NCBI GenBank assembly: GCA_018666775.1
Contig: JABIXC010000010.1
Location: forward strand, 193,079-257,078
Direction of reading: 5' to 3'
Origin: Rhodospirillales bacterium
GTDB lineage: Bacteria; Pseudomonadota; Alphaproteobacteria; SMXQ01
DNA: 64,000 bases
The position numbers and the translations under genes were made by a program. The notes under the pieces are model-generated. The model saw only the letters and a list, made by a program, of their open reading frames with translations. It made no database searches and was not told the origin of the DNA. Positions within the stretch are counted from its first letter, which is position 1, and every line of letters starts with the position of its first letter. Of this stretch, positions 1 through 10,018 are shown one piece after another.

Positions 1-460
1 TATCAATGCCTGAAATGCCCGGCATCTTGTTCTTTGCCAGCCAGGCTTGCAGGGGCTGGCTTGACCGCCAGCTGGAAGGTTCTGTGATGTCTGCGCGGAC
101 AATCATGGCGCGCGCCGCCGGTGTGGTGGTTTCGATGTCTTCTGCGTTGGTGCCGACATTGCCAATATGGGGAAAGGTGAAGGTGATGATTTGTCCCGCA
201 TAGGATGGGTCGGTCAGGATTTCCTGATAGCCGGTGATAGAAGTGTTGAAACACACCTCAGCTACGGTCTGACCCGCAGCCCCAAAGCCCCGGCCCCAAA
301 ACGTGGTGCCATCGGCCAGAACCAGCGCAGCGTTATCGTCTGGTGCCCGGGTTTTCAGGGCCCTGTTGATATTGGCTTTGATGGTTTTAGAAGAAGCAGA
401 AACCACGGCCCCCTTGCGCGCAATGCGCCGATTAGAGGGCGTCGAAGTGGCTTGCGCCAT
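1..460 (-). CDS. carA: carbamoyl-phosphate synthase small subunit, N-terminal portion (gene runs off window start; exact start codon uncertain)
   Basis: Minus-strand translation reads ...[66 protein letters not shown]..., the conserved CarA N-terminal domain. It is absent from the ORF track because it is truncated by the window edge. Confidence 0.8.
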   Translation of the reverse strand, partial: MAQATSTPSNRRIARKGAVVSASSKTIKANINRALKTRAPDDNAALVLADGTTFWGRGFGAAGQTVAEVCFNTSITGYQEILTDPSYAGQIITFTFPHIGNVGTNAEDIETTTPAARAMIVRADITEPSSWRSSQPLQAWLAKNKMPGISGID

Positions 461-692
461 GGGGCATTTGTCCCTTGAGGGAAGTTTCCGATGGCCCGGA
501 TTGGGACACCGCATGATCGGGATGTTAGATAAGCAATCCAGCCCCGGGCGTCAAGGGGGAAGGGGCAAAACAGGGCTAAAATTTTTTATTATTTTTTTAT
601 TATTTTTCTGTTGTTTTTCAATGGCTTGTCATTTCTCTTGCCGTTGCCATTTTTTGGCAGTTTGTGGTAGTCTCCCGCCTTTCCCACAATGA

Positions 693-1169
693 ATGGAACA
701 TTCCATGCTGCGCCAAACCATCAACGAGGCGTTGAAGACGGCCATGAAAGCAAAAGAGAAGCGGACAATTTCGACGCTTCGGCTGATTATGGCGGCCCTC
801 AAGGATCGTGATATTGCTGCCCGCGGTGCTGGCGGAAATGATACTGGCATCGAAGAAGATGCCATTTTGGAAATGCTGCAAAAAATGATCAAGCAGCGCC
901 ACGATTCCATTGAACAATATACAAAGGGCAATCGCCCGGATCTGGTGACCCAGGAAAGCGAAGAAATTGATATCATCAATCGCTTCCTGCCCACGCAAAT
1001 GGGCGCGGATGAAATGGCCGCCGCCCTTGACGAAGTGATTTCAGGGCTGGGCGCATCGTCGATCAAAGACATGGGCAAGGTCATGGCTGCTTTGAAAGAA
1101 AAGTTTGCGGGCCGCATGGATTTTGGCAAGGCCTCAGGGCTTGTTAAAGCCCGGTTGAGCGCAGGCTAA
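693..1169 (+). CDS. yqeY: GatB/YqeY domain-containing protein
   Basis: 158-aa ORF whose sequence (MLRQTINEALKTAMKAKEK...RLIMAALKDRD...KDMGKVMAALKEKFAGRMDFGKASGLVKARL) is typical of the YqeY family. It lies divergent from carA. Confidence 0.85.
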   Translation: MEHSMLRQTINEALKTAMKAKEKRTISTLRLIMAALKDRDIAARGAGGNDTGIEEDAILEMLQKMIKQRHDSIEQYTKGNRPDLVTQESEEIDIINRFLPTQMGADEMAAALDEVISGLGASSIKDMGKVMAALKEKFAGRMDFGKASGLVKARLSAG

Positions 1170-1341
1170 GGCCTTTTTGGGGCGGTTCCCCATATTCCCC
1201 TTATTAAGAGTTATCCCCACTGGAATTTCTTTTCCACAAGCTGGGCAATTGCCCCCGACCTAGCCTCGGGCTAAACTTGCTTATCATTAATCAAAAGAAC
1301 ATCTGCCTTGCGGGCTGTTCTATGATGGGCATATTCACGTT

Positions 1342-3258
1342 ATGAGCTTTACGCCGCGTTTCCTTGATGAAATCCGCGCCCGGATTGGGCTTGCGGAGCG
1401 AATTTCGCGCAAGGTAAAGCTGGTGAAGCGAGGCCGTGAATATTCAGGCCTTTGTCCGTTTCATAATGAAAAATCACCGTCTTTCACCGTCAACGAAGAC
1501 AAGGGCTTTTATCATTGCTTTGGCTGTGGTGCCCATGGCGATGTGATCGGGTTCGTCATGCACACGGATAATTTATCCTTCCCCGAAGCGGTGGAACGAT
1601 TGGCCGATGATGCGGGAATAGAAGTCCCCGTCACCAGCCCCGAAGAACGCCAACGCGCCGAAGTGGCTGTGTCGCTTTACAGCGTGACTGAAAAGGCCTG
1701 TGCCTGGTTCGAAAGTGAATTGAGAGGCCCCCGTGGCGGGGCTGCGCGCAAGTACCTGCTAGAACGTGGCCTGGATGGGGAAACCGTTGCCAGATTCCGC
1801 ATTGGCTTTGCCCCCGATTCCAGAGATGCGTTAAAGACGGCCCTAGTGGGCAGTGGCGTCACGGAATCGCTTTTGGTGACATCCGGTCTTTTGATCCAGC
1901 CCGATGAAGGGCGTTCCAGTTATGATCGTTTCCGGGGCCGGGTGATTTTTCCCATCTTTGACCGGCGCGGGCGTCCGGTGGCATTTGGGGGGCGTATTTT
2001 AGGCGATGGGACCCCTAAATATCTGAATTCTCCTGAAACGCCCCTGTTCCAGAAAGGCAACCTTCTCTATGGCTGGTCCCATGCGCTAAAGGGTGCCCGG
2101 GAAACCGGAAATCTGGCCGTAACGGAAGGCTATATGGATGTTATTGCGCTGATCCGCGCAGGCATTCCTGCCATGGCACCCCTTGGCACGGCGCTCACGG
2201 AAGCACAGATTGTGTCGCTGTGGCGGGTGGTTGATGAACCGGTGTTGTGTTTCGATGGGGATGCGGCGGGCCAAAGGGCCAGCTTGCGCGCCGCCGAACG
2301 GGCGCTGCCCCTGTTAAAGCCTGGATCAAGTTTCCGTTTTGTCACCCTGCCCCCAGGCGAAGACCCAGACAGTCTGGTCAAAAGCCGTGGGGGTCGCGGC
2401 ATTGAAGCCCTGATGGAAACGGCCAAGCCTTTGGCTGAGGTGATCTGGGGCATGGAAACAATGGGCAAACCCATCGACACGCCGGAACGCCGGGCCTTGG
2501 TGGAAAAAAATCTGATGGCCCGTGCCCGGTCCATCGAAGACCAACAGGTGCAGGAATACTATGTGCAACATTTCCGCAAACAGTTGCGCGATGCGTTTTC
2601 TGATTTTACCCCGGTCAAGGGGGCGCGCCGGCCCAACATGAATGCGTCTCGTCTGTCCCGACTGGCCAGCGATCCTTTGATCGGTACTGAAGAAGGCCGG
2701 GCCGAGGCACGGGAACGGGTTTTGGTGGCAACGGTGTTGAACCATCCAGCGCTGCTGGGTGAGGTTGCGGAAGACTTCATCAGTGTGGATATCGGCAGCC
2801 ATGAGCTGGATAGCCTGCGCCAGGCCATCTTGGATGTCGCGGCCACAGAAGATAATCAGGGTGCAGACGATCTGGATGCGGCCAAGCTGGCGCGGGGCTT
2901 GAGTGATCGCGGATTTGGTCGCGTTGTTGATGGATTGGGTGGCCAGGCACGGGTGCTGGATTGGTTCGCTCGCCCCAGTGCGGCCGTGGAAGATGCGTTG
3001 AAGGGATTTCAGAAAGCCCTCGAATTGCATCGCCATTTCAGCATTGGGCGGACTGAATTGACGGTTTGTGAGTCCGCTTTTGCGGAAAACCCCACCGAAG
3101 AAAACTGGCTGCGGCTGCAAAATCTCAAGAAAAGTATGGAATCTAACCTGATCGAAACCGAAGGGGACGAAGATTTTGGTCCTGCATCGGGGCGAAATGC
3201 GACCAGAACCGGGACCCAAAGCACCCCTTCGGCAAAAATTACGAGTGAAGATGGTTAA
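1342..3258 (+). CDS. dnaG: DNA primase
   Basis: CHC2 zinc finger (CPFHNEKSPSFTVNEDKGFYHCFGCGAHGD), Toprim region (LAVTEGYMDVIAL...CFDGDAAGQRA), a C-terminal helicase-interaction domain, and the conserved dnaG-rpoD synteny. Confidence 0.95.
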   Translation: MSFTPRFLDEIRARIGLAERISRKVKLVKRGREYSGLCPFHNEKSPSFTVNEDKGFYHCFGCGAHGDVIGFVMHTDNLSFPEAVERLADDAGIEVPVTSPEERQRAEVAVSLYSVTEKACAWFESELRGPRGGAARKYLLERGLDGETVARFRIGFAPDSRDALKTALVGSGVTESLLVTSGLLIQPDEGRSSYDRFRGRVIFPIFDRRGRPVAFGGRILGDGTPKYLNSPETPLFQKGNLLYGWSHALKGARETGNLAVTEGYMDVIALIRAGIPAMAPLGTALTEAQIVSLWRVVDEPVLCFDGDAAGQRASLRAAERALPLLKPGSSFRFVTLPPGEDPDSLVKSRGGRGIEALMETAKPLAEVIWGMETMGKPIDTPERRALVEKNLMARARSIEDQQVQEYYVQHFRKQLRDAFSDFTPVKGARRPNMNASRLSRLASDPLIGTEEGRAEARERVLVATVLNHPALLGEVAEDFISVDIGSHELDSLRQAILDVAATEDNQGADDLDAAKLARGLSDRGFGRVVDGLGGQARVLDWFARPSAAVEDALKGFQKALELHRHFSIGRTELTVCESAFAENPTEENWLRLQNLKKSMESNLIETEGDEDFGPASGRNATRTGTQSTPSAKITSEDG

Positions 3259-3432
3259 CCCGATTGATAATTTGTGGGGTTGGGGGTCTTGAATAATAGA
3301 GGTTTAGGCCTTATCTATGCCTTGCCGTTGCGCTGGCCTAATTTTAGGCTGGCCGCGAACGGCTTGTCTGTGTCCATTCTGTCTCCGTTAAAGCGCGAGA
3401 TTCTGGCACATCGAAGCGGGGTAAATTGATCA

Positions 3433-5733
3433 ATGGCGACTAAATTACAGCAAAAGTCCAAATCCAAGGCCAAGCCAAAGCCTGTGCTGAAGGCAAAACC
3501 AAAGCCTGCATTGAAGGCCAAGCCAGCACCCAAGGCAAAATCAAAGCCCGCGCTGAAGGCAAAACCAGAGCCAAAGGTAAAAGCCAAGGTAAAGGCAACG
3601 GCAACGGCCAAACCAGCACCCAAAGCGAAATCAAAAGCTGCGCTGAAAACGAAGCCAAAAGCCAAGGCCAAAGTAAAGGCAGACCAGAAGTCGGCCCCGA
3701 AGAAAAAATCTGAAGTAGTAGAAGAATCGTCAGAAGAGAATGCTACAGAAGGTCCCGTCATTGATGCCCTTGGCGCGACCATCAAGAAAATTCTGGCCAA
3801 GGGAAAAGAACGCGGTTTTGTCACCTGTGATGAACTGAACGAAGCCCTGCCCCAAGACCAGTTTACGTCTGAACAAATTGAAGACCTGATGGCGCAGCTC
3901 AATGAAATGGGCGTGAGCGTTGTAGAGAACGAAGAGACCGAAGATGGTTCTTCCCCTGCAGCTGCCGGAAGCCCCGATGCAGGAAAGGCACCTGCGACAA
4001 AAACCACGACGCGATCCGATGACGAATATGGCCGCACCGATGATCCTGTTCGCATGTATCTGCGCGAAATGGGCTCTGTTGAGCTTCTGTCGCGTGAAGG
4101 CGAAATTGAAATTGCCAAGCGTATAGAGGCCGGCCGTGAAGAAATGATTGGCGGCATCTGTGAAAGCCCGCTGACCCTTGCTGCACTGACCGAATGGCGC
4201 GACGCGTTAAAGAGCGAAGACCTTTTGCTGCGCGACATCATTGATCTTGATGCCACCTATGGCGGCGGACCCGGCCAAACCGCACAGAATCAGAACAACC
4301 CGAACAATCCGAATAACCCGAACCATCCGAACCATCCGAACAATCCGAACAACCAGAAGAATGGCGCGGCACAGCCCAATGGCGCGGCCCAGCCAAACGG
4401 CGCGGCGGCCCCTGGTGCTGCAGCCAATAAAGACGATGACGACGAAGAAGATGATGCCGAAGTAAACCTTTCGCTTGCCGTCATGGAAGAGCGGCTTAAG
4501 CCAAAGGTTCTGAAAAATCTGGATGATATTGCCAAGACCTTTAAACGGCTGAAAACCCATCAAGATAAAAGGATGGAAATCGTCCGCAAGGGTCAATCTC
4601 TGCCCCCTGCCATCGAAAAACGTTATGAAAAGCTGACCCGCGAACTGATCGACCTGATGGAAGGTGTCCATCTTAACAATGGTCGCATTGAACAGTTGAT
4701 GGATGAATTGTATGGCCTAAACCGCCGTATGGTGGGGCTGGAAGGTCGCCTTTTGCGTCTGGCGCTTAAGCAGAAGATCAGCCGGGAAAGCTTTTTGGAA
4801 AAATATTCAGGCGCTGAAGTCGATCCCAACTGGCTGCGCCGGGTATCCAAGCTCAAGGAAAAGGGCTGGAAGGCATTTGCCGAAAAGCACAAAGATGAGA
4901 TCAAGGAAATCCGTGGCGATATCGTGGTGATCACCGAGCGTTCCATGCTGGATGTTGATGAGTTCAAGCGCATCGTCCACCGGGTCCAGCGTGGCGAGCG
5001 TGAAGCGGCGCGCGCCAAGAAGGAAATGGTCGAAGCCAACCTGCGGCTGGTTATTTCCATCGCCAAAAAATATACCAATCGTGGCCTGCAATTCCTGGAT
5101 CTGATTCAGGAAGGCAACATTGGCCTGATGAAGGCGGTGGATAAATTTGAATATCGCCGGGGTTATAAATTCTCCACCTATGCGACGTGGTGGATCAGGC
5201 AGGCCATTACCCGTTCCATTGCCGATCAGGCCCGGACCATTCGTATCCCTGTCCACATGATTGAGACCATCAACAAGCTGGTTCGGACCTCGCGCCAGAT
5301 GCTCCATGAATTTGGTCGTGAAGCAACGCCGGAAGAATTGGCAGAACGTCTTGGCATGCCTTTGGAAAAAGTGCGTAAGGTTCTGAAAATTGCCAAGGAA
5401 CCCATCAGTCTGGAAACCCCCATTGGCGATGAAGAAGACAGCCATCTTGGCGACTTTATCGAAGATAAAAATGCCATCCTTCCCGTAGAAGCGGCGATCC
5501 AGTCCAATCTCAGGGAAACCACCACCCGGGTTTTGGCATCCTTGACGCCGCGCGAAGAACGCGTGCTGCGGATGCGCTTTGGCATCGGCATGAACACAGA
5601 TCATACGTTGGAAGAAGTGGGCCAGCAGTTCTCGGTTACTCGTGAACGTATCCGCCAGATCGAAGCCAAGGCATTGCGCAAATTGAAACACCCCTCGCGC
5701 TCACGGCTTTTGCGGTCCTTCCTGGATACCTAA
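3433..5733 (+). CDS. rpoD: RNA polymerase primary sigma factor (sigma-70) with an unusual Lys/Ala/Pro-rich N-terminal extension
   Basis: Conserved regions 1.2-4.2 are present ([66 protein letters not shown]... [30 protein letters not shown]). The first ~90 aa are KAKPKP-type repeats with no in-frame alternative start. Confidence 0.93.
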   Translation: MATKLQQKSKSKAKPKPVLKAKPKPALKAKPAPKAKSKPALKAKPEPKVKAKVKATATAKPAPKAKSKAALKTKPKAKAKVKADQKSAPKKKSEVVEESSEENATEGPVIDALGATIKKILAKGKERGFVTCDELNEALPQDQFTSEQIEDLMAQLNEMGVSVVENEETEDGSSPAAAGSPDAGKAPATKTTTRSDDEYGRTDDPVRMYLREMGSVELLSREGEIEIAKRIEAGREEMIGGICESPLTLAALTEWRDALKSEDLLLRDIIDLDATYGGGPGQTAQNQNNPNNPNNPNHPNHPNNPNNQKNGAAQPNGAAQPNGAAAPGAAANKDDDDEEDDAEVNLSLAVMEERLKPKVLKNLDDIAKTFKRLKTHQDKRMEIVRKGQSLPPAIEKRYEKLTRELIDLMEGVHLNNGRIEQLMDELYGLNRRMVGLEGRLLRLALKQKISRESFLEKYSGAEVDPNWLRRVSKLKEKGWKAFAEKHKDEIKEIRGDIVVITERSMLDVDEFKRIVHRVQRGEREAARAKKEMVEANLRLVISIAKKYTNRGLQFLDLIQEGNIGLMKAVDKFEYRRGYKFSTYATWWIRQAITRSIADQARTIRIPVHMIETINKLVRTSRQMLHEFGREATPEELAERLGMPLEKVRKVLKIAKEPISLETPIGDEEDSHLGDFIEDKNAILPVEAAIQSNLRETTTRVLASLTPREERVLRMRFGIGMNTDHTLEEVGQQFSVTRERIRQIEAKALRKLKHPSRSRLLRSFLDT

Positions 5734-5753
5734 AACACTGCATTTCAGACACG

Positions 5754-5790
5754 AAAAAACGGTGCAATTTTGGTTGCACCGTTTTTTTTG
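5754..5790. terminator. bidirectional rho-independent terminator between rpoD and tctC
   Basis: AAAAAACGGTGCAA-TTTTGG-TTGCACCGTTTTTTTT: a perfect stem flanked by an A-run and a T-run. Confidence 0.8.
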
Positions 5791-5920
5791 TGTTTCTGAC
5801 GCCCTCCACCTTTGATCAAGGAAGGGCTCCAGCATTTCCGGTGCGGATGGCGGCAGACAGATCGTCCATCGCCACCCGCAGGGAATTTAAGGTATCAGCC
5901 CTGAATAAAAGGCTGAGACC

Positions 5921-7015
5921 TTATTTCTTTTTACGCTTTTTCTTTTTCTTGCACTTTTTAGAGACCTTTGGGTTGCACCGTCCTTTACGCGCGCGGAAGG
6001 CCTTTTCCGCCCGCTTTAGAATGGATTTTGGCGTTGCGTAAATTGCTGCCATGACGACCCCGATCCGTTCCCCATTTGAAGGAACGAGTTCCAGTTTCAT
6101 TTTTTTGGCTTCGGCCAAAAACTTCGGGTCCTTGATGGTGGCCCCGAAAGCCGCACGCCATTCCTTTGTCCTTGTGCTGTTTGTGCCAGGCGGCAGAGCG
6201 AAGGCATTGGAAATCTCGAGGGGTTGGTACATGAACCGGATCAGTGCTTTGGCCTCGTCGTTGAGGGCAAGGTCTATGGCACGTGGGACGCCGGGAAGCA
6301 TGGGATGGGCCCTGGGACCGATCTGGACCAGAAAACGAACGTATTTACTTGCAATCCAGTCTGGATGAACGGCCTGGAGGGATGCGTAACTGGCGCAGCG
6401 ACCTGCGGTTTCGCCCCGTTCAATTGCAAGGTAGGTGCCGCCCGATCCCCGATAACCGGTGATTGGGTTGAACCGTGTGCCGATGGCGGCATTCAGGGCG
6501 AGTGGTGTTTTCGATGTGCCGGATCGTGCCCCGGTCGCGGCCATTTTTACGGCTTTGTCCCGTGCGTCCTGAACCGTCTTGAAACCGGAATCTGAACGAA
6601 CGTAACAGGCCTGGATATTGCTCTGAAGGCTGCCGATCCAGACGAACTTTTGCATGTCGTAGTTATATTTGCGTTTTGGCCGCAGAAGGGGATCGGTAAT
6701 CGGCCCCTGTGCCCAAGTGGCGAATTCAGTGCCATCATTTTTAGCCCGATTATACAGCGTCGTGACGGCGCCCATGCCACCGGCACCCGGTAAGTTGCGG
6801 GCTACGAATTCCGGGTTCCCTGGCAGATGCCGCATCACGTGACGCGCAAACGTGCGTCCATAGAGGTTAACGCCACCGGAAACGCCGCCGCCGATCCAGA
6901 GCGTCAGGGTTTTTCCTTTGAAAAATGGAGCAGCCTGTGCCGGGCTGCCAGCGAGGCTTCCGAGGGCAACGGCAACAGCCAGCCCGAAAGCGGCCACCTT
7001 GATTGTTTTAATCAT
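5921..7015 (-). CDS. tctC: tripartite tricarboxylate transporter substrate-binding protein (TctC/Bug family) with a C-terminal poly-lysine tail
   Basis: Signal peptide (MIKTIKVAAFGLAVAVALGSLAGSPAQA) and Bug-family body (YRGSGGTYLAIERGE...AAIYATPKSIL). The C-terminus ends ...RARKGRCNPKVSKKCKKKKKRKKK. Confidence 0.8.
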   Translation of the reverse strand: MIKTIKVAAFGLAVAVALGSLAGSPAQAAPFFKGKTLTLWIGGGVSGGVNLYGRTFARHVMRHLPGNPEFVARNLPGAGGMGAVTTLYNRAKNDGTEFATWAQGPITDPLLRPKRKYNYDMQKFVWIGSLQSNIQACYVRSDSGFKTVQDARDKAVKMAATGARSGTSKTPLALNAAIGTRFNPITGYRGSGGTYLAIERGETAGRCASYASLQAVHPDWIASKYVRFLVQIGPRAHPMLPGVPRAIDLALNDEAKALIRFMYQPLEISNAFALPPGTNSTRTKEWRAAFGATIKDPKFLAEAKKMKLELVPSNGERIGVVMAAIYATPKSILKRAEKAFRARKGRCNPKVSKKCKKKKKRKKK

Positions 7016-7126
7016 CTTTCTTCTCCCGTTTGGTTGGTTTAATTTTTTTATATGCGGTTCAATTTCTGTTTCATAGTCCGTTGGCCGGGTACAGGTGTCA
7101 ATCCCGATGGTCGTTCGGGGGTTTGC

Positions 7127-9190
7127 CTACATGGATGGAATGGTGTCATGGAGGATCGGGAACAGGTCGCCGAGGACGGTCGCTGGCCAGGGCAGCAGTA
7201 ACAATTTTTCAAAGAGCAGGTATGAAAATACCGTCATCCCCGTCGCTAGAATAGCGACGAGCCGCCATGGCTCCCGCCCTTCAACCCGCATGTAGGCGAT
7301 AACGAAAAGGGTTACCGTCGGGATCATGCCGATAAGGGCGACAAAAACCATGAAGCCCAGAAGCCATCCAAAGAAAGCCGCAGCCCGCTTCAGCATGTCA
7401 CGCGTCGGCAGCCCCTGATCATCGGCTCTTGTATCAAGATGCAATTCTTTGCGGATTTTGGCACCGTCGTCTCCAACAGCATCGTCATCATCATTCCGGA
7501 ACGTGTGGTTGAACAGGCTGATAGCCGAGAACAGCAGGGCCGAATAGAGAACGATCAGTGGGACAATTTTGGATAACGGGTCCCAGTCTCGGGTCAGCCA
7601 GAGAAGCCAGACGAACAGGCTGATATAAGCGGCGTAGAAAGCAGTTTGTATGTTGACCTTCGGGCGGCTCATATTTTTTAACATTGCACCAACGCCACTG
7701 GATGCTTTTACTTCGCGGATAAAAGGCCGGGCAATCCCAATAAGGGCCATGCCAAACAGAATGATCACGCCGGGACGCCACAGCCAGTCAAAGCCAAAGA
7801 GATCGACCGAAACGAACATATATCGCTCGACAATATCGCCAAGGACCACCCCCAGGATCAGCGGGGGTCGTGGCCAGGAAAGGCGTTTCATGATCCACCC
7901 CACAAGTCCGAAAATGAATACGGCGTAGAGATCGCCCCATTTTCGTGACCCCTGGAAGGCTGCAATGAAGACGATGGACAGGATCAGCGGCATCAACACC
8001 GAAAAACGGATCAGTGCCAGTTTGGCGAACTGGTCGGAAAACATAAAACAGATGCCGGCCCCAAGAATGTTCGCGAGCGCAACCGACCACACCATTGAAT
8101 AGGTAAGGTCAAGATGCGTGGTCAGCATTTCCGGTCCGGGCTGTAGCCCGTGGATCATGAACGCCCCGAGCAGAATAGCCATCCCCGCAGAGCCGGGAAC
8201 GCCGAATGCGATGGTCGGCACAAGCGCGCCGCCTTCCTTGGCATTGTTGGCGCCTTCTGACGATATGACGCCCCGGATATCGCCTGTGCCGAACGTTTCC
8301 GATCCGCCTTTTTCCGATTTTGCGCCATAGCCATAAGCGATCCAGTCCACAACAGGCCCGCCGAGACCAGGCACCGCGCCCAGCGCCGCACCCAGCCAAG
8401 CCACCCGAAGGACCAGCCACCAGTTTTTGAACGTATCCCTGACACCCTGCATCTGTCCCTTGCGGCTATCGACATGGGAATCCGAAGCGATGGATCGCCT
8501 CTGGATGGCCATGTCAGCAAGTTCAGGCAGGGCGAACAGGCCAAGCGAGATGGGGACAAGGGGGAACCCTTCAAAAAGGTAAAGGGTATCAAAGGACCAG
8601 CGCTGGTTCCCGGTCTGCGGATCGGTTCCAACAAAGGAAATCAGGAGTCCCAGCGCCGCTGCGCAAAGGCCGCGAAGCGGCGAGGACCCGGACAGGACCG
8701 CGACCATAGACAGGCCAAAAATGGCAAGCCCCAGCATTTCCGGAGACCCAAAAGACAGCATGACCGGTCGCAAGATGGGAATGCTGATGGCAAGAAGAAA
8801 AGCACCAAAAATGCCGCCAAGAAGGGACGCCGTATATGCCGCCCCGAAGGCCCGGCCGGCTTGGCCCTGTTTGGCGAGTGGGTGCCCATCAAGAATCGTT
8901 GCAGCAGATCCCGACGTCCCGGGGACCCCGAACAGGACTGCCGGGATTGTATCCGATGTGGTGGTTACCGAACCCATGCCCAACAGAAGTGCAAAGGCGG
9001 CATAGGTATCCATGCCAAATGTAAAGGGAAGCAGAATGGCGAGCCCGACAATGCCACCAAGGCCCGGGATCACGCCAAGAACAAGGCCTATAATAACGCC
9101 CAGAAAAAGGAAACCCAGTCGCATCGGGTCAGACATGATGACAACCGCATTCCCGGCCGCATCCAACATTTCAACAAGCATATTTACCAC
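7127..9190 (-). CDS. tctA: tripartite tricarboxylate transporter permease, TctA with a C-terminal TctB-like 4-TM extension (apparent TctA-TctB fusion)
   Basis: 687 aa. The N-terminal ~500 aa match the TctA family (GLVLGVIPGLGG..., GVPGSAGMAILLGAFMIHGLQPGP). The C-terminal ~170 aa are hydrophobic with an acidic loop (NDDDDAVGDDGAKIRKEL) and resemble the small TctB subunit. No separate tctB gene is present. Confidence 0.75.
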   Translation of the reverse strand: MVNMLVEMLDAAGNAVVIMSDPMRLGFLFLGVIIGLVLGVIPGLGGIVGLAILLPFTFGMDTYAAFALLLGMGSVTTTSDTIPAVLFGVPGTSGSAATILDGHPLAKQGQAGRAFGAAYTASLLGGIFGAFLLAISIPILRPVMLSFGSPEMLGLAIFGLSMVAVLSGSSPLRGLCAAALGLLISFVGTDPQTGNQRWSFDTLYLFEGFPLVPISLGLFALPELADMAIQRRSIASDSHVDSRKGQMQGVRDTFKNWWLVLRVAWLGAALGAVPGLGGPVVDWIAYGYGAKSEKGGSETFGTGDIRGVISSEGANNAKEGGALVPTIAFGVPGSAGMAILLGAFMIHGLQPGPEMLTTHLDLTYSMVWSVALANILGAGICFMFSDQFAKLALIRFSVLMPLILSIVFIAAFQGSRKWGDLYAVFIFGLVGWIMKRLSWPRPPLILGVVLGDIVERYMFVSVDLFGFDWLWRPGVIILFGMALIGIARPFIREVKASSGVGAMLKNMSRPKVNIQTAFYAAYISLFVWLLWLTRDWDPLSKIVPLIVLYSALLFSAISLFNHTFRNDDDDAVGDDGAKIRKELHLDTRADDQGLPTRDMLKRAAAFFGWLLGFMVFVALIGMIPTVTLFVIAYMRVEGREPWRLVAILATGMTVFSYLLFEKLLLLPWPATVLGDLFPILHDTIPSM

Positions 9191-9399
9191 CCACGCGCCC
9201 GTTTACAGGGCAACTTTTGTTCTATTTTGACGGGGGCACATTTCTTCTGACCCCCTTGGCCCCAGAATGTCATGGTCCGGGGGGGGCTGGCAACCCACAA
9301 CGCCTGCTTTAAACGGGACTGCTTTCGCCTCTGCGATTTATTTTGTGTGTTTGGCATCCCGCCCTTGGACGAAGGCGGGGAAATCGGGTAATTTGCGGT

Positions 9400-9475
9400 G
9401 GGCCCGTAGTTCAGTGGTTAGAACCCACCGCTCATAACGGTGTTGTCGCTGGTTCGAATCCAGCCGGGCCCACCA
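9400..9475 (+). tRNA. tRNA-Met (anticodon CAT), CCA-encoded; elongator type likely, tRNA-Ile2 (lysidine) not excluded
   Basis: 76-nt cloverleaf folded by hand: acceptor GGGCCCG/CGGGCCC, D-stem GTTC/GAAC, anticodon stem CACCG/CGGTG with loop CTCATAA, T-arm GGTTCGAATCC, 3' ACCA. Confidence 0.85.
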
Positions 9476-9501
9476 TTTTTGCGCGATTAGGGGAAGAAAA
9501 C

Positions 9502-9954
9502 ATGGGCAAGGCAAAGGCGTTGGGCATTAATCACGTGGTTTTGGAAGTGGAAGACCTGGATGCGGCGCTGGAATTTTATGGCCGCATTTTTGATATTACC
9601 GCCCGGGATCGGGGCGACCACAATGTGTTCATGGATATGGGGGACCAGTTTATCCAGCTAACATTGAACAAACGCGACGGGGCGATCGATACCAAACGTC
9701 ATTTCGGGTTTGTGGTGGATAACCGGGACGGCATTCGCGAAACGCTGGGTGAAATGGGGGTGGAAATCATTGGTGATCGCCTTAATTTCCGGGACCCATG
9801 GGGCAACCGGATCGAAGTTGTGGCCTATGACAATGTTCAGTTCACCAAGGTGGAACATGTGGCAAAAGCCATGGGCGTTGACGGGGTGCAAAAGAGCGAA
9901 GAAGTGCTGGGGGAACTGGCCCAAAAGAATATGGCACCAGACCAGCAGGCCTGA
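9502..9954 (+). CDS. VOC-family (glyoxalase/bleomycin-resistance/dioxygenase fold) protein
   Basis: MGKAKALGINHVVLEVEDLDAALEFYGRIFDI... is a typical VOC N-terminus, and an RBS (GGGGAAGAAAACATG) sits upstream. The track ORF 9343..9954 overlaps the tRNA, so the true start is taken as 9502. Confidence 0.7.
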   Translation: MGKAKALGINHVVLEVEDLDAALEFYGRIFDITARDRGDHNVFMDMGDQFIQLTLNKRDGAIDTKRHFGFVVDNRDGIRETLGEMGVEIIGDRLNFRDPWGNRIEVVAYDNVQFTKVEHVAKAMGVDGVQKSEEVLGELAQKNMAPDQQA

Positions 9955-10018
9955 TACATTCCGGCCTTCACAAGGACCAATGACGTCTCATTTACGCTAA
10001 ATTCAGAAGGATTTTCAC

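Noticed and set aside
3315-4256. 313-aa minus-strand ORF rich in [16 protein letters not shown] repeats
   Set aside because: It is the antisense image of the rpoD KAKPK/NGAAQP repeat region: low complexity, no start context, and fully inside a well-supported gene.
5790-6041. 83-aa plus-strand ORF overlapping the tctC 3' end
   Set aside because: It overlaps the tctC C-terminus and terminator, and its poly-Phe/Leu stretch is the antisense of the poly-Lys codons.
8474-9250. 258-aa highly basic (Arg/Lys/Gly-rich) plus-strand ORF
   Set aside because: It is antisense within tctA, and the basic composition mirrors the reverse frame of a hydrophobic membrane gene.
9343-9501. N-terminal part of track ORF 9343..9954
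   Set aside because: It overlaps the tRNA-Met gene. The downstream ATG at 9502 has a proper RBS and begins the conserved VOC domain.
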